Shown piece by piece: positions 22,301 to 34,034 of a stretch of DNA of 35,476 nt. The notes under the pieces were generated by a model that was given only the letters and a program-made list of their open reading frames with translations, had not been told where the DNA came from and did no database searches. Every line of letters starts with the position of its first letter. Within the stretch, counting starts at the first letter, position 1. Origin of the DNA: Octopus bimaculoides (Eukaryota); the NCBI RefSeq assembly GCF_001194135.2, contig NC_068982.1, positions 192,392,089-192,427,564 on the forward strand. Reading direction: 5' to 3'. The translations under genes and the position numbers were made by a program.

Positions 22301-23385
22301 GATGGAAATTTCACTTCCAATCTATTAGTTGACTTGTCTCTGTTGTTGAAGGGATGCAGCAGTGTAGTGTTTCACATGGATCAAACCCCTAAATTAAACA
22401 GCCACTTATTTTGGGGTTGGAAACACTGTTCCAGCTTGTAATGGAATTGTAACAGTTGTTCTAATTTGAAATCAACAAACATGCCTTGCCACCGCCATTC
22501 TGTCTTTATTTCAAGAAGTGAATGTATGATCACATTATTTGATGTGTTCTTCCTTTTGTTGGATTTAGGAAGGATTTGGTTTCTATTCCAGATGCATACA
22601 GTCTTCTATGTGCTGCAAAATAGCAAGGAACTGTATGACATTTCCTTGGTAATTCTAGTCACTTGATTGTGCTCAGCTAAAAATTTATAATTTTTAATCT
22701 ATTGAATTATACTGTAAAAAAAGAAAAAAAAAAATCAGATTTTTTATTAACAGCATTTTTTTATAAAAAAATTATTTTGTCAAGTTTGAAATTTAAAATG
22801 AATAAAATTTTGATATCTTCATAGATTAATATTGTTAGGAGAAATATATTGAATTATAAAAAAAAAAAAAAATTGATAATAGAATTTAAATCTGTTGTTT
22901 TATTTGAATTTTATTTGTGTTTGAATTATAATTTCATACCATGCTCACTCCCTGATTTTGGTTTCTGAAAATATCTCCATTTGTAAACATTAATTTAAAA
23001 TTTCTGGTGGGGGGAGATTTAAATTGAAATTTAATTCGTCACTCTTGCATTTTTGACAGTAGCTTTCATGTCATATCAACTGCTTTTTCATTCTGACATG
23101 GGGTTGAACAGATACAGAGCACATAATTTTTTTTGGTCTTCATCTTGACACATTTTAACAACAGAATTATTCTGTTGGTGTCAGGTTCTGCAATGATGGC
23201 TTATATGAATATTTCCCATCCAAATAGCATTTGAGATGGTTTTTGTAAATTTGGACATCCAGAGGTTCAAGCAAACATCTTTGGAAAATAATTTAAATAA
23301 CATTAGTCATTGTGTGACAATGGTCTTTAGCTTACTTCATAATGATTTCTAATTAACTCTTTAAAGCCTCCACTGGCATTAAATA

Positions 23386-24229
23386 CGAGGTCTGATCAAT
23401 AAGTATCCGGACTGTTGCCATAGTAACGTAGCTACAGAGTGAAGCTGCTTTGCATAGATTGACCTTGACCTCTACTGTGCATGCACACTAAGTTTTAACA
23501 TTCTAACTCACTTCCCCTGTTTACAGCAGTGCTTGGAAGGAAGGTGTGATCGTTGCATTGATCATGACAGAAAATGTAATTATGGTGGATCCTGCCCAGA
23601 GGCCTATGTAAGAGTTTCACACAAGTGTACGAGCAGTTTAGACGTTACTAAGATGGCCAAAAGATGTTAATAGTGATGAATGTTCTGGGAAACCCATAAC
23701 CAGCTGAACTGATAAAAACATCACAGATGTGCATGCAGCTGTGAGGGGAAATTGTTGAATCACCATCCGTGAGTGATCAGTGGATGTGCAGATTAGTTAC
23801 AGTTCAGTCCATTATCATTGAAGATTTGGGTATGAGACATGGGTCTGTTAAGTTTGTACCAAAACTGCTTTCAGCTGAACAAAAAGACACTCAGGTTTCA
23901 GTTGCACAAAATCTCCTTGATTGTATTGAAATCAATAAAAACTTTTTGAAAACTTTGCATAGGCCTCTGAGCAGGTATCACCAAGCTTTTGGCAAAATTT
24001 GATGCAGATTCTCTGGTCAACTTTCTCCATTATGGTCAATGTAACAGTCACATGCTACACAGGTTCCTTCCAAGCACTGCTGTAAACAGTGGAAGTGAGT
24101 TAGAACATTAAAACTTAGTGTACATATGCATAGCAGAGTTCAAGGTCAATCTGTGCCAAGCAGCTTCACTCTGCATATTTTACCTCTGTTACTATGGCAA
24201 CAATCCGGATACTTATTGATCAGACCACG
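23386..24229. mobile_element. Non-autonomous mariner derivative with long inverted arms, TA target duplication
   Basis: TA|CGAGGTCTGATCAATAAGTATCCGGA ... TCCGGATACTTATTGATCAGACCACG|TA. Internal + strand transposase remnant ILxEDLGMR..VKFVPKLLSAEQK. Confidence 0.92.
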
Positions 24230-24249
24230 TATGCTAACACTAACTCGAA

Positions 24250-25060
24250 ATCCATAAGCATCCAGCACCATCCTGAAACCATATTCCAGTCAACTGAACC
24301 TTTCATTCCCAATTTCAAGGGTCAATAAAAATCAGTGATATCAAGAGGTTCTTGTTTTTTTTTGTTTTGGATAATTGTGAAATATCCTACAATCAGTGTC
24401 AACTCAGCATCACTTCCATTCTCTTGTTGACGATAAGGTTTTGATCTCTATCTTTTATTGTCCTTCACCTTTTTCTGGTTTCCATTTCTTTCAAGATGGT
24501 GGACTGGAATTTCTGTTCATAGTTTCTGTCTGGTCTTGTGCTGGGCTGGTGGCATTGAGAATGAAGAAATTTCTCTTTTCTCTCTTCTGGCCTTTCATTC
24601 TTTGAACTGTGAACGATGGTGCTATGGAAATAGGGGCAGCAGCAACCATGTTCTTTATCTTAGCAATGTGCTTCTGTTGCCATGCTATAGCCAGGCAAAA
24701 TCTCTCGTGTAGTTCTTGCATTTCCACATGTAGCAACTTGGTCTTCTGTCATACGCTGCCACCTTGATTGACTTTGTTTCTGCTGCTATAACGCCATAAA
24801 ACTCCATAATGTCCTTGTGGTCTTTAAAATGTCATCAGGATTCAGTTGGCTTTGTTTGACTCTTGAAACTGCTGTTATGGGTCAACTCATCTGCTCAAAC
24901 ATTGCTGCAATGATAATAACAATACAAGGGACAAAATTCCTACTGATATCTCTGGTTGTGATAAATTCCTTTTCCCCAATTTATCATGATGGGCAAGTGT
25001 GTCACATATTGTTCTGTCTTGGTTTTAAAGACTAGACATTTATGTTTCCTTAAGTCTTCT
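24250..25060 (-). mobile_element. Highly degenerate probable LINE fragment
   Basis: No unambiguous motif. Weak resemblance of reverse-strand frames to an RT C-terminus. Confidence 0.3.
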
Positions 25061-25519
25061 TACTTCACTTGAGGGAGCTCATATCATCCAGAGCTCCCTC
25101 TATCTCCTCCTCTTGAAATAGCTTTACCTTTTAGCATTCAAACTAGCCAAATTCGGCCCAAATATTCTACTAGGTTTCTGTTCAAACTGGTCAGATCCAG
25201 CCTCTCACACCTACCCTACAATCTCATTCTGAAAATAAACAACCACATCATCAATATCTGAAAGCTTTGAGATAATGCATGATTAATTCAAAACAATGTA
25301 AATAAACATGACATTCACTTCCGTTTTCACTTTTTGTTGAGTTAATTCTTTGGGCAGAAAACATTTCTTTTCGTGACATGTCTTTCTCATGCTTTTTTTA
25401 TTTTTCATCTGGAGTTGACAAATGATTAATTTTCCTTTTTCATTTCCAATTTTCAACAACAAATTTACCTATATTTTTTCCTGCATGGAAACCCCCCTCC
25501 TCTTTTTCAGCAATATCAA

Positions 25520-25865
25520 AATCAAATCAAATGGAAATTGTAGTTGTGAGCCCCATGCTGGTAGCATGTGAAAAAGCACCATCCGAAGTGGCTGATGCCA
25601 GTGCTGCCATGACTGGCTTCTGTGCCGGTGGCACGTAAAAAGCACCATCCGATTGTGGTCGATGCTAGCTTACCTGGCCCCTTGTGCCGGTGGCACATAA
25701 AAAAGCACCCACTACACTCTCGGAGTGGTTGGTGTTAGGAAGGGCATCCAGCTGTAGAAACACTGCCATATCAGATTGGAGCCTGGTGCAATCACTGGCT
25801 CTCCAGGCCTCAGTCAAACCCATGCCAGCATGGAAAATGGACGTTAAATGATGATGATGATGATG
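25520..25865 (+). mobile_element. Dominant RTE 3' tail with about 3 internal repeat units and (ATG)n
   Basis: GTGCCGGTGGCAC(G/A)TAAAAAGCACC repeated, shared tail core, (ATG)5 end. Confidence 0.9.
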
Positions 25866-26282
25866 TTGTGAATGAAAGTGTAAGGTGGCTGTGGCCGTTT
25901 GTGTGGGGATTGCATTTTATTGGTTGATTTCCAATCATCGTCAACCAATTAGTGATAGTTTGGCATGCAGCTGTCTTCAAGAATTTTGTCTTACTCATTT
26001 TCTCTTTGTTGCATGGTATGTCATTTTAGAGTTTGCTAATGATTTTCTAAAAATTAATATTTTTATTTAAATACATTTCTTTATAGTACAGCTTATAATA
26101 ATACTAGCTGCTGTTCAGTATCTCTCTGAATGATAATAAACAAATAAGACAATCATTATTGATTTTATCTAACATTTTTTAATATTGTGACAGTCAGACA
26201 TTTCAATTGGTCAGTGTTTGAGTGTCAGTTTATTAGAGGCTGCTACACCATTATGAGAAATATGGTACATATATAAAATATT

Positions 26283-26489
26283 ACAAGTGTTGCCTTAAAA
26301 AGTACGAAACTAGAATTGCAAAAATGTGCATGCTCATAAGGGTTACAGAATGTCATAACAGAGCACACATGAATGTACAACAAACGGTGATTCCAATATT
26401 TTTAAGCAACAATGCTGGTTCCATACTTTTTAAGGTTTATTATGACATTCTGTAACCCTTTTGAGTGTGCGCATTTTTCAATTCTAGTT
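26283..26489. mobile_element. Small rearranged MITE-like inverted repeat
   Basis: 26308-26358 is the near reverse complement of 26440-26489. A mariner-like left end TA|CAAGTGTTGCCTTAAAAAGTAC is echoed inverted at 26417-26435. Confidence 0.6.
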
Positions 26490-26883
26490 ACATATGACTG
26501 GTACTAAGAGAACACAATTCTGGAGAGTAGAGTCACTTGACCACAATATATGACTGGTACTCAGGCAACACTTTCCTAGAGAGAAGTAGTCAACCACTGG
26601 GACTGATAGTTATTTTAATAATGTCTATGACTCCTGTCCTGAATAACTTTGAATCTTGAAAGAGAGAAGCATTACTTGTGAAGTTTTGTTATTGTCACCC
26701 AATGTAAAGATAGTAAAAGACAAGACTAAATACTTTGAAACCTTCCATCTGATGGTAGCCTTCTCTTTCTGTCTCATTTCCTTAGAAATAGTAATGTTAT
26801 TGGCAGCATTCAAAACAGTTTATTTTGTTAGAATAGTTTTGTAAGGCCGAAGATAACTCTTAATCTAAAAACAGATATCAAAG

Positions 26884-27096
26884 AAGGCAGTGAGCGGGCA
26901 GAATGGTTGGCACACTGGACAGAATGCTTCCTGGCGGCTCATCTGTCTTCACATTCTCAGTTCGAATCTCATCAAGGTTGACTTTGCCTTCCATCCTTTC
27001 AGGGTCAGTAAAATAAATACCAGTTGAGTTCTGGGACCAATAGAATCAACTTACCCCATCTAAAATTGCTGGACTTTGTGCCAAAATTTAAAACCA
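26884..27096 (+). mobile_element. tRNA-derived SINE (second family)
   Basis: A-box-like GGCAGAATGGTTGG and B box GTTCGAATC. Homologous to 8212-8426. Confidence 0.85.
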
Positions 27097-27364
27097 ATAT
27101 AAAAATAAATATTGAATATGATAAAAATAATCATCGTGACAGTTTATATAATTTTTTTAGGTGTTCCTTGAAAAGAGAGGCTGATTTGATAGGAATAATA
27201 ACCATCGCTTTGGTTTATTATTATTATTAAGAGAGAAATATATTGGGCTTAGCATTTCAGGCTACCAAGTTATTTGTTTAGTATGTGGGAGCTGTTAAGT
27301 GTTTTTGGCTCCTGTTTTAGTTGATGACAGGTCACACATGAATAGAGACTGTTTGGATGTTGGT

Positions 27365-27760
27365 GGCAGCAGCAGTAGTAGTAGTAGTAGATATACTGAA
27401 CTGGGGACATGGTCTTTGTTGAGTATAAAGTTATATACAAAGAAAAATAAGGCAGGAGAGGTAAAGAGAAAGAGTGAGAGAGAGAGGTAGAGAGAAAGAA
27501 TGAGAGTGTGTGTGTGTGTGTGTAACGGTGGTAGGAGGATAAAGTCCAGCAGAGACAGGAGTTAGGGGTGTATGAAAGCTAAACTGAGAGGAATAGGAGG
27601 AGGAGGAGGCAGTAAAATTGGGTGAGATGCTCTTGAAAAAGTGGGTAAGAATATAGATTGGGAGGATTTGTCTTGCCACAAGGCATTAAATGCTGTTTGT
27701 GTGTGTGTGTGTATTGTCATGATAGAGCGATGGTGGTAGTGGTGGTGGTGGTTGTAGCAG
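27365..27760. repeat. Cluster of simple repeats: (AGC/AGT)n, (AG)n, (TG)n, (GGA)n, (GGT)n
   Basis: Direct reading. Confidence 0.85.
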
Positions 27761-28664
27761 TGTGAGCAAGCTTTGTAAATTGAATAAAAGCTGTTTATTC
27801 AACAATGATGAACTGATGTGTCTGTAGTAGATATACACTCACACACATCTAGCAATGCTAACTTAATTTTTGCTAGTTTCAAAAGAATGCTAGTTGGTCT
27901 TCTCTAAGTGCTACAAGATAATTTATGCTGTGTTGTTGTTGTTGTTGTTGTTGGTGGTGGTGGTAGTAGAAAACAAAACAAAAGTAGGCCAGGAGCTTGG
28001 TCTCAAGCTTCCTGGATTTGCTGACAGTGGTAGGAGCAGGAGGAATTTGTGGTATTTCTCTGGAAGCTGAGTATTTTTCTGTTTCCCTATCTCCACCTGT
28101 CTCCTGCTTCTCTCTCACTATTACTCCTCTACCTGCCAACTTTCTTTTCCCTCTTTTAATGAACACTTTCACACTCCCTCCTTGTTCTCATATAAACAAA
28201 ATGTGATAAATCACTACAGCCTTCTCTCTTATGTTCCCAATACACCCCTAAATTCATACTTCACCTGCCTAACACCCATCATCACCACCTCCACCCTACT
28301 GTATTGTTTAAGACATTGAAATCAAGCCTATTGTTAAAGCTTCTATGGTGTTGGTGTGAACTAAGGCAGACTGGATTGGTGCTGAAGAAATTGACCCCTT
28401 TCATTGGGTGGTGGTTGTGGGGACTCACTGACAACATGAAGTAGTAGTGGACAACCAGCCACTTAATAAAATGTTGAGCACATTTCAGTTACACAAGTGC
28501 TTGGAACTTGTTTGTAGTAATTCTCTATAATTTATTTAGCCTTTGTAAGAAGGTGTTATAATAATTTCTGGGTTCAACACTACTGTACACTTGGTCAAAT
28601 GTCTTCTTCCATGGTCTCTGCTTGAGCAATGTTTGGTGAGTAAAATTTAATATACATGCACAGA

Positions 28665-28828
28665 CTTTGTTGTAAGAAACTTGCTTCCCAACCACATGGT
28701 TTCAGGTCCAGTCCTACAGTGTGGCACCTGGGTCAAGCGTCTTCTACTATAGCCTTGGAGTGACCAAAGCCCAGTGAGTGGATTTGGCAGACAGGAACTG
28801 AAAGAAGCTCATTTTATATATATATAAA
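28665..28828 (+). mobile_element. OK/OR-like SINE, 5' half ending in (TA)n
   Basis: tRNA-like head GCTTCCCAACCACATGG..., then GAAAGAAGCTC and (TA)n. Confidence 0.8.
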
Positions 28829-28829
28829 A

Positions 28830-31790
28830 CTCAGATATGTTTCGACCAAAGATTGGTCCAGAACATGTCTAACTTAATAGCACCACCTGATAGGATTATC
28901 TAAATCCTTTTTAAGTCAAGTTTTGTGGTATTATGGTCCATTCAAGTAGTGAGTTGTATCCAGGTATGGGTGGCTTGTCTGGTATTCCTTGAAGAAATCT
29001 GTCCAGACTTCGTTTAAAGGTGATGGGATCCAAATCCTCTTTGATCAGTTTTGGGACAATGTTAAACAGGGCAGGGCCGGTCGAGGAAAAGAAATTGTGT
29101 CGCAGTGTACCTATATGTTGTGATTTTGAATTGGGCAGGGGACGCATGGCCCGTGGTCCCAGCCTTGGATGAACCTTGAAGCTAATGTTCAGGTCATTTG
29201 GGCAATGCTGGCGGTATATTCTCCATATCGTACAGATGATGTACCACTCGCGGCGGCGCTGGAGAGAGTAGAGCTTCAAGGCTTTAAGGCGGTCCCAGTA
29301 ATCAAGATCAGCCATGCCTTCAATTCGTCTGGTGAGTGCCCTCTGGGGTTATTCAATCCTCGAAATGTTTTTGTTTTGTATGGGGAGACCACAAAGGACA
29401 GTGGTATTCAAGGTGTGGCCATACAAATGAGGAGGAAAGAGGAATGATGACACCTTGTTCTCTGGACTGGAAGGTTCGTAAGATCCAGGAGCTCATCCTA
29501 CGAGCTATATTGACCTTATTGTTGATGTGGGCACTCCAACTGAGATTGTTATCAACAATTACACCCAGGTCTCTGATATTATTAGATGCCGTGAGCGGTT
29601 CCCGTGAAGGAAGAGTGTATGGCTGTTTTAGTATAGACTTTCTTCCAAAATGCATCAGCTCAAATTTTCCCTCGTTCAGTTTCATTTTGTTTTTGTCTGC
29701 CCATTGACTCACAGCATGTAGATCAGACTGGAGTTGTGTTCGATTTTCTTCATTGATAATTTTCTGGAGCTTAGAGTCATCAGCGAATATTTTCACTTTG
29801 TTGTGTTTTATGATGCTGGAAAGCTTGTTTATATAGACTATAAACAGACGCGGAGCCCAAGACAGTCTCCTGAGGAACATCACTGGTGACTTTTGCTGGG
29901 CTTGAGTGGACTCCATCGACCACAACTTCTTGTGTTCTGTTCTCCAGGAAATACTCAGTCCAGTGTAGTAGTTTTCCACGGATTCCAACATTTGCCAATT
30001 TTGAGAGTAAGATATTATGGTCAACCCTATCGAACGCTTTACTGAAGTCAAGATATATGATATCAGAGTTCAAACCTGTTCCCAATGCTTTAAGGATATG
30101 ATCGATGTGGTGTAAGAGCTGTTTTAGACAGTCCCTGCCACAGCGAAAGCCATGCTGGTTTGCATTTAGGAGTTTGTGGGTCTCCCGGAAGTCAGCTATC
30201 CTTGATCTACATCTATGATGTAGGAGGTGAGTGAGATTGGGCGATAGTTGACTGCAAGGGATCTGTTTCCCTGTTTGAAAACTGAGATGACAGACTGGGA
30301 TAGGAGCTGTTTCGGTATATAACCTGAGTCTAAAGAATTTCTCCAGAGGTTGGTGTCTACATTCTTTTGGGAGATTAGCAGGGAATCTATCAGGGCCTAC
30401 AGCAGAATAGTATTTGATTTCATTTATTGCTGCTATGATGTCTGAAGCAGTGAAGGTTATGTCCAAGATTTTATGTTGGGAATCGACTTCGTTCGCTTCT
30501 CTTACGTCAATATCAGTGGGGTCACTAAAGACAGAGCAGTATTGTTTCTGCAGTATTTCTGCCATTTCTTTAGCATTGTGTCGGGGAATGTTGTTATCAT
30601 CGATCAATGGCCCAATGGGTGAGACAGCGGTTCTGTTCTTATTTGCATAAGACTAGAACACTTTTGGGTTCTNNNNNNNNNNNNNNNNNNNNNNNNNNNN
30701 NNNNNNNNNNNNNNNNNNNNNNNNNNNNNNNNNNNNNNNNNNNNNNNNNNNNNNNNNNNNNNNNNNNNNNNNNNNNNNNNNNNNNNNNNNNNNNNNNNNN
30801 NNNNNNNNNNNNNNNNNNNNNNNNNNNNNNNNNNNNNNNNNNNNNNNNNNNNNNNNNNNNNNNNNNNNNNNNNNNNNNNNNNNNNNNNNNNNNNNNNNNN
30901 NNNNNNNNNNNNNNNNNNNNNNNNNNNNNNNNNNNNNNNNNNNNNNNNNNNNNNNNNNNNNNNNNNNNNNNNNNNNNNNNNNNNNNNNNNNNNNNNNNNN
31001 NNNNNNNNNNNNNNNNNNNNNNNNNNNNNNNNNNNNNNNNNNNNNNNNNNNNNNNNNNNNNNNNNNNNNNNNNNNNNNNNNNNNNNNNNNNNNNNNNNNN
31101 NNNNNNNNNNNNNNNNNNNNNNNNNNNNNNNNNNNNNNNNNNNNNNNNNNNNNNNNNNNNNNNNNNNNNNNNNNNNNNNNNNNNNNNNNNNNNNNNNNNN
31201 NNNNNNNNNNNNNNNNNNNNNNNNNNNNNNNNNNNNNNNNNNNNNNNNNNNNNNNNNNNNNNNNNNNNNNNNNNNNNNNNNNNNNNNNNNNNNNNNNNNN
31301 NNNNNNNNNNNNNNNNNNNNNNNNNNNNNNNNNNNNNNNNNNNNNNNNNNNNNNNNNNNNNNNNNNNNNNNNNNNNNNNNNNNNNNNNNNNNNNNNNNNN
31401 NGCTAGTTGTATCAGGAAAAGTTCATCCATTAGATTAAAGAGGAATTCTGCTGCTGTTTTGTCTGATGTAGAGCATCTGCCAAACTTCAGAGTATTTGTG
31501 GGCCAGTTTATATGAGGGAAGTTAAAATCACCCATCACTAGTATATTTCCGGAGTTGTATTTTGGAAGGAAGGACTTGATTTTGTTGAGGCACTCTTCAA
31601 AGCACTTTAGAGATGCTTGGGGAGGCCTGTAAAGACCAACAATGATTATGCCTTTGGCCTCGTTGAATAGTGATAAGGATTCACAGTAGCCATTGGAAAA
31701 TACGTCCTTGGCATCAGCTGAAAGGGAGTCGTGGAGGTGTATTATCGATAGCTATGGCCAGTCTACCAGGTTATTCTGGGTTTCATGTCC
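28830..31790 (-). mobile_element. CR1-type LINE, 5'-truncated ORF2 (APE + RT), spanning a gap
   Basis: IVGLYRPP and ILVMGDFNFPHINW (APE). NQHGFRCGRDC, IYLDFSKAFDRVDH, KIFADDSKL, RDLGVIVD and HLEYHCPLWSPH (RT). Several frameshifts. Confidence 0.92.
30673..31401. other. Assembly gap (N run)
   Basis: Contiguous n characters. Confidence 1.
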
Positions 31791-31864
31791 CTAAAGCAAC
31801 TTAGCTTTACAGTGTTTCTTCAGACCCTAATCCTCTTTTCTTACACCAGCTAATGAGCTGACAA

Positions 31865-32098
31865 TATATATATATATATATTTACATGTGTGTCTGTCTT
31901 TGTCCTCTACCACTGCTTAACAACTACTGGTGTTGATGTATTCACATCCTTATAACTTAGTGATTTGGCAAAAGAGACTGATAAAATAAGTACCAGGCTT
32001 AAAAAGAAAGTCAGTATTGGGATTGATTCATTCAACTACAATTCAAGGCAGTGCTCCAGCATGGCTGCAGTCTAATGATTGAAACAAAAGATAAAAGA
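31865..32098 (+). mobile_element. OK/OR-like SINE, 3' half starting with (TA)n
   Basis: (TA)n then GTGTCTGTCTTTGTCC...GGCAAAAGAGACTGATAAAATAAGTACCAGG...GCAGTGCTCCAGCATGGCTGCAGTC and an AAAAGA-repeat end. Confidence 0.75.
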
Positions 32099-32189
32099 AA
32101 TTGTACGAAAGCTCAATGTGTGTGTGTGTATTGTAGCTTTCACCAAATATTGTCGGAAGAGTTACACATCAATGAGGAATGTGATAAAG

Positions 32190-32297
32190 CAGTGCCTTCT
32201 TCTATAGCCTCAGACAGACCAACGATTCCTTATGAATGAATTTAGTAGATGAAACTAAAAGAAGCCAGTCATATATGTGTATGTGTGTGTATATATA
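32190..32297 (+). mobile_element. OK/OR-like SINE 5'-half fragment ending in (TA/TG)n
   Basis: CTATAGCCTCAGACAGACCAA...GAAACTAAAAGAAGCCAG matches 28745-28810. Confidence 0.65.
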
Positions 32298-34018
32298 TTG
32301 GGTCATCCCATAAATAATGCGGGTTTTTTATACTTCGTTTATTTTTCAAAATTAAGGTAAACAAAGTTCTTTTTCTAATCTAAAATATACTCTCCTTCAT
32401 TTTCTACAATGCTCTTCCATCTATCTGGTAGACTTCCAAAATTCACTTGTCTGTAATGAAAAATACTCCTCCAGTACGGTTTTGACCTCGTCTACAGAAT
32501 CCATATCTTTTTGGTCTAATTGATTTTGAAGACTGCGGAATAAATAATAATCAGATGGGGCAATGTCTGGCGAATATGGTGATGGGGCATCGTTTCCCAT
32601 TCAGACTGCTCCAGTCTTTGGAATGTCATCCTTACTGTATGTCATCATCATCATCGTTTAACGTCTGCTTTCCATGCTAGCATGGGTTGGACGATTTGAC
32701 TGAGGACTGGCAAGCCAGAAGGCTGCACCAGGCTCCAATCTGATCTGGCAGAGTTTCTACAGCTGGATGCCCTTCCTAACGCCAACCACTCTGAGAGTGT
32801 AGTGGGTGCTTTTACGTGCCACCAGCATGAGGGCCAGTAACGGCAGTGGCAATGGCCACGCTCAAAAAGGTGTTTTTTACGTGCCACCTGCATGGGAGCC
32901 AGTCCAGCGGCCCTGGCAACGACCTCACTCAAATGATTTTCTAACATGCCACCAGCACAAGTGTTAGAGGCAACGCTGGTACCGATTCCGCTCAAATGGT
33001 ACCATTTACAGACCACTAGCATGGAAGCCAGACAGCTGCTCTGGCAATGAACACGCTCGTCAGTGCTGTTAGTGCTCCCCTGGCACAGGTGCCAGTCATC
33101 AAAGTATGGTTATCTTGATTGAAGAACACCTTTTCTCTTGAAACCAAAGTTGGTCGTTTTCCTTCAAGCGCTGACTTAAGCTGTTTAAGCTCCTTGCAGT
33201 AGATCTCCTTCGTTAACGTTTGGTTTGGGTTTAAAAGTTCAAAGTGGACTAAACCTTTCATATCCCACCAAACAGATAACAACACCTTGCATGGGTGAAG
33301 ACCTTCTTTAGCCTGGGGCGCTGGCATTTCTCCTTTCCTTACCCACTGTCTTTGGCGCCTGACATTTTTATAGAGAACCCATTTCTCATCACCAGTCATT
33401 ATTCGGTCCCAAAAGGTTCATTCGAGAGCAAAGAAGAGTACACATTCATTCTCCGTGCGTGCTTAGACTTGAAAAGTCTGTGAGGAACCCATTGACCCGA
33501 TTTGCTGACTTTTCTAATGGCAAGCAGTTGTCGATGAATGGTTGAATGACCAAATCCAAGCTTCTCTGCTAGTTCCTCAATAGTAACGATGGGATTTTGT
33601 TCCACCAGGATTTGCAGGACATCCTCATTGAGTTCTGCAGATCATCCAGGATGAGGCTCATCTTCTAGGCTGTAGTTTCCAGCTTGGAATTTCTGGAACC
33701 ACTGTTGACACTGGCTTTTGCTTATTGCCCGATCCTCATATACTGCATTCATATTCTTCGCACTTTCTGTTGCGTTGTGGCCTTCATTGAACTCCTACAG
33801 AAAAATATGCTGATTATGCTCCTTTGTCCCTTCCATTATAACTTTGGAAAAATAACTGTTAAAATCGAACTGCACTCTTCAAAACTTGCACTAAGAAGAA
33901 GTACCAGGTAAAATTACTACCTGCTTTTATAGCAAGTTGATGCAGGTGGTTTATCCAGTACCCATCCAACTTTTAGTTCATGCAACTGAAAAACTGCATT
34001 ATTTATGGGATGACCCTA
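32298..34018 (-). mobile_element. Full-length decayed mariner transposon (D,D34D type)
   Basis: TIRs TTGGGTCATCCCATAAATAATGC / GCATTATTTATGGGATGACCCTA with TA on both sides. Motifs WVPHRL, TGDEKW, QDN and YSPDIAPSDY. D34D spacing holds if the missing ARP codons are restored. Stops and frameshifts present. Confidence 0.95.
32642..33103 (-). mobile_element. RTE 3' tail nested in the mariner catalytic domain
   Basis: (CAT)n tail at 32642 and shared tail core. It interrupts the transposase between QDN(H) and HTVRMT. A possible 5-bp duplication GTATG lies at 32637-32641 and 33104-33108. Confidence 0.9.
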
Positions 34019-34034
34019 TATATATACATATATA

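Noticed and set aside
20689-22323. CACTT(T/C)CAATC as a target-site duplication of the inverted RTE
   Set aside because: The left copy lies inside element-coding sequence (VMIESV), so it is not a flank.
22592-22648. Possible + strand 57-nt exon MHTVFYVLQNSKELYDISL
   Set aside because: Splice sites are plausible, but no linkage to other exons and no recognisable protein.
23190-23290. Possible pogo/Tigger relic (LLEPLDVQIYK, cf. LQPLD)
   Set aside because: A single short motif with no TIRs or other supporting motifs.
27879-28172. ORF with HHHQQQQQQQH tract
   Set aside because: It is a translation of (CAC)/(CAA) microsatellites, with no domain or splice support.
28300-28520. Possible extra LINE RT remnant
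   Set aside because: No unambiguous motif could be read.
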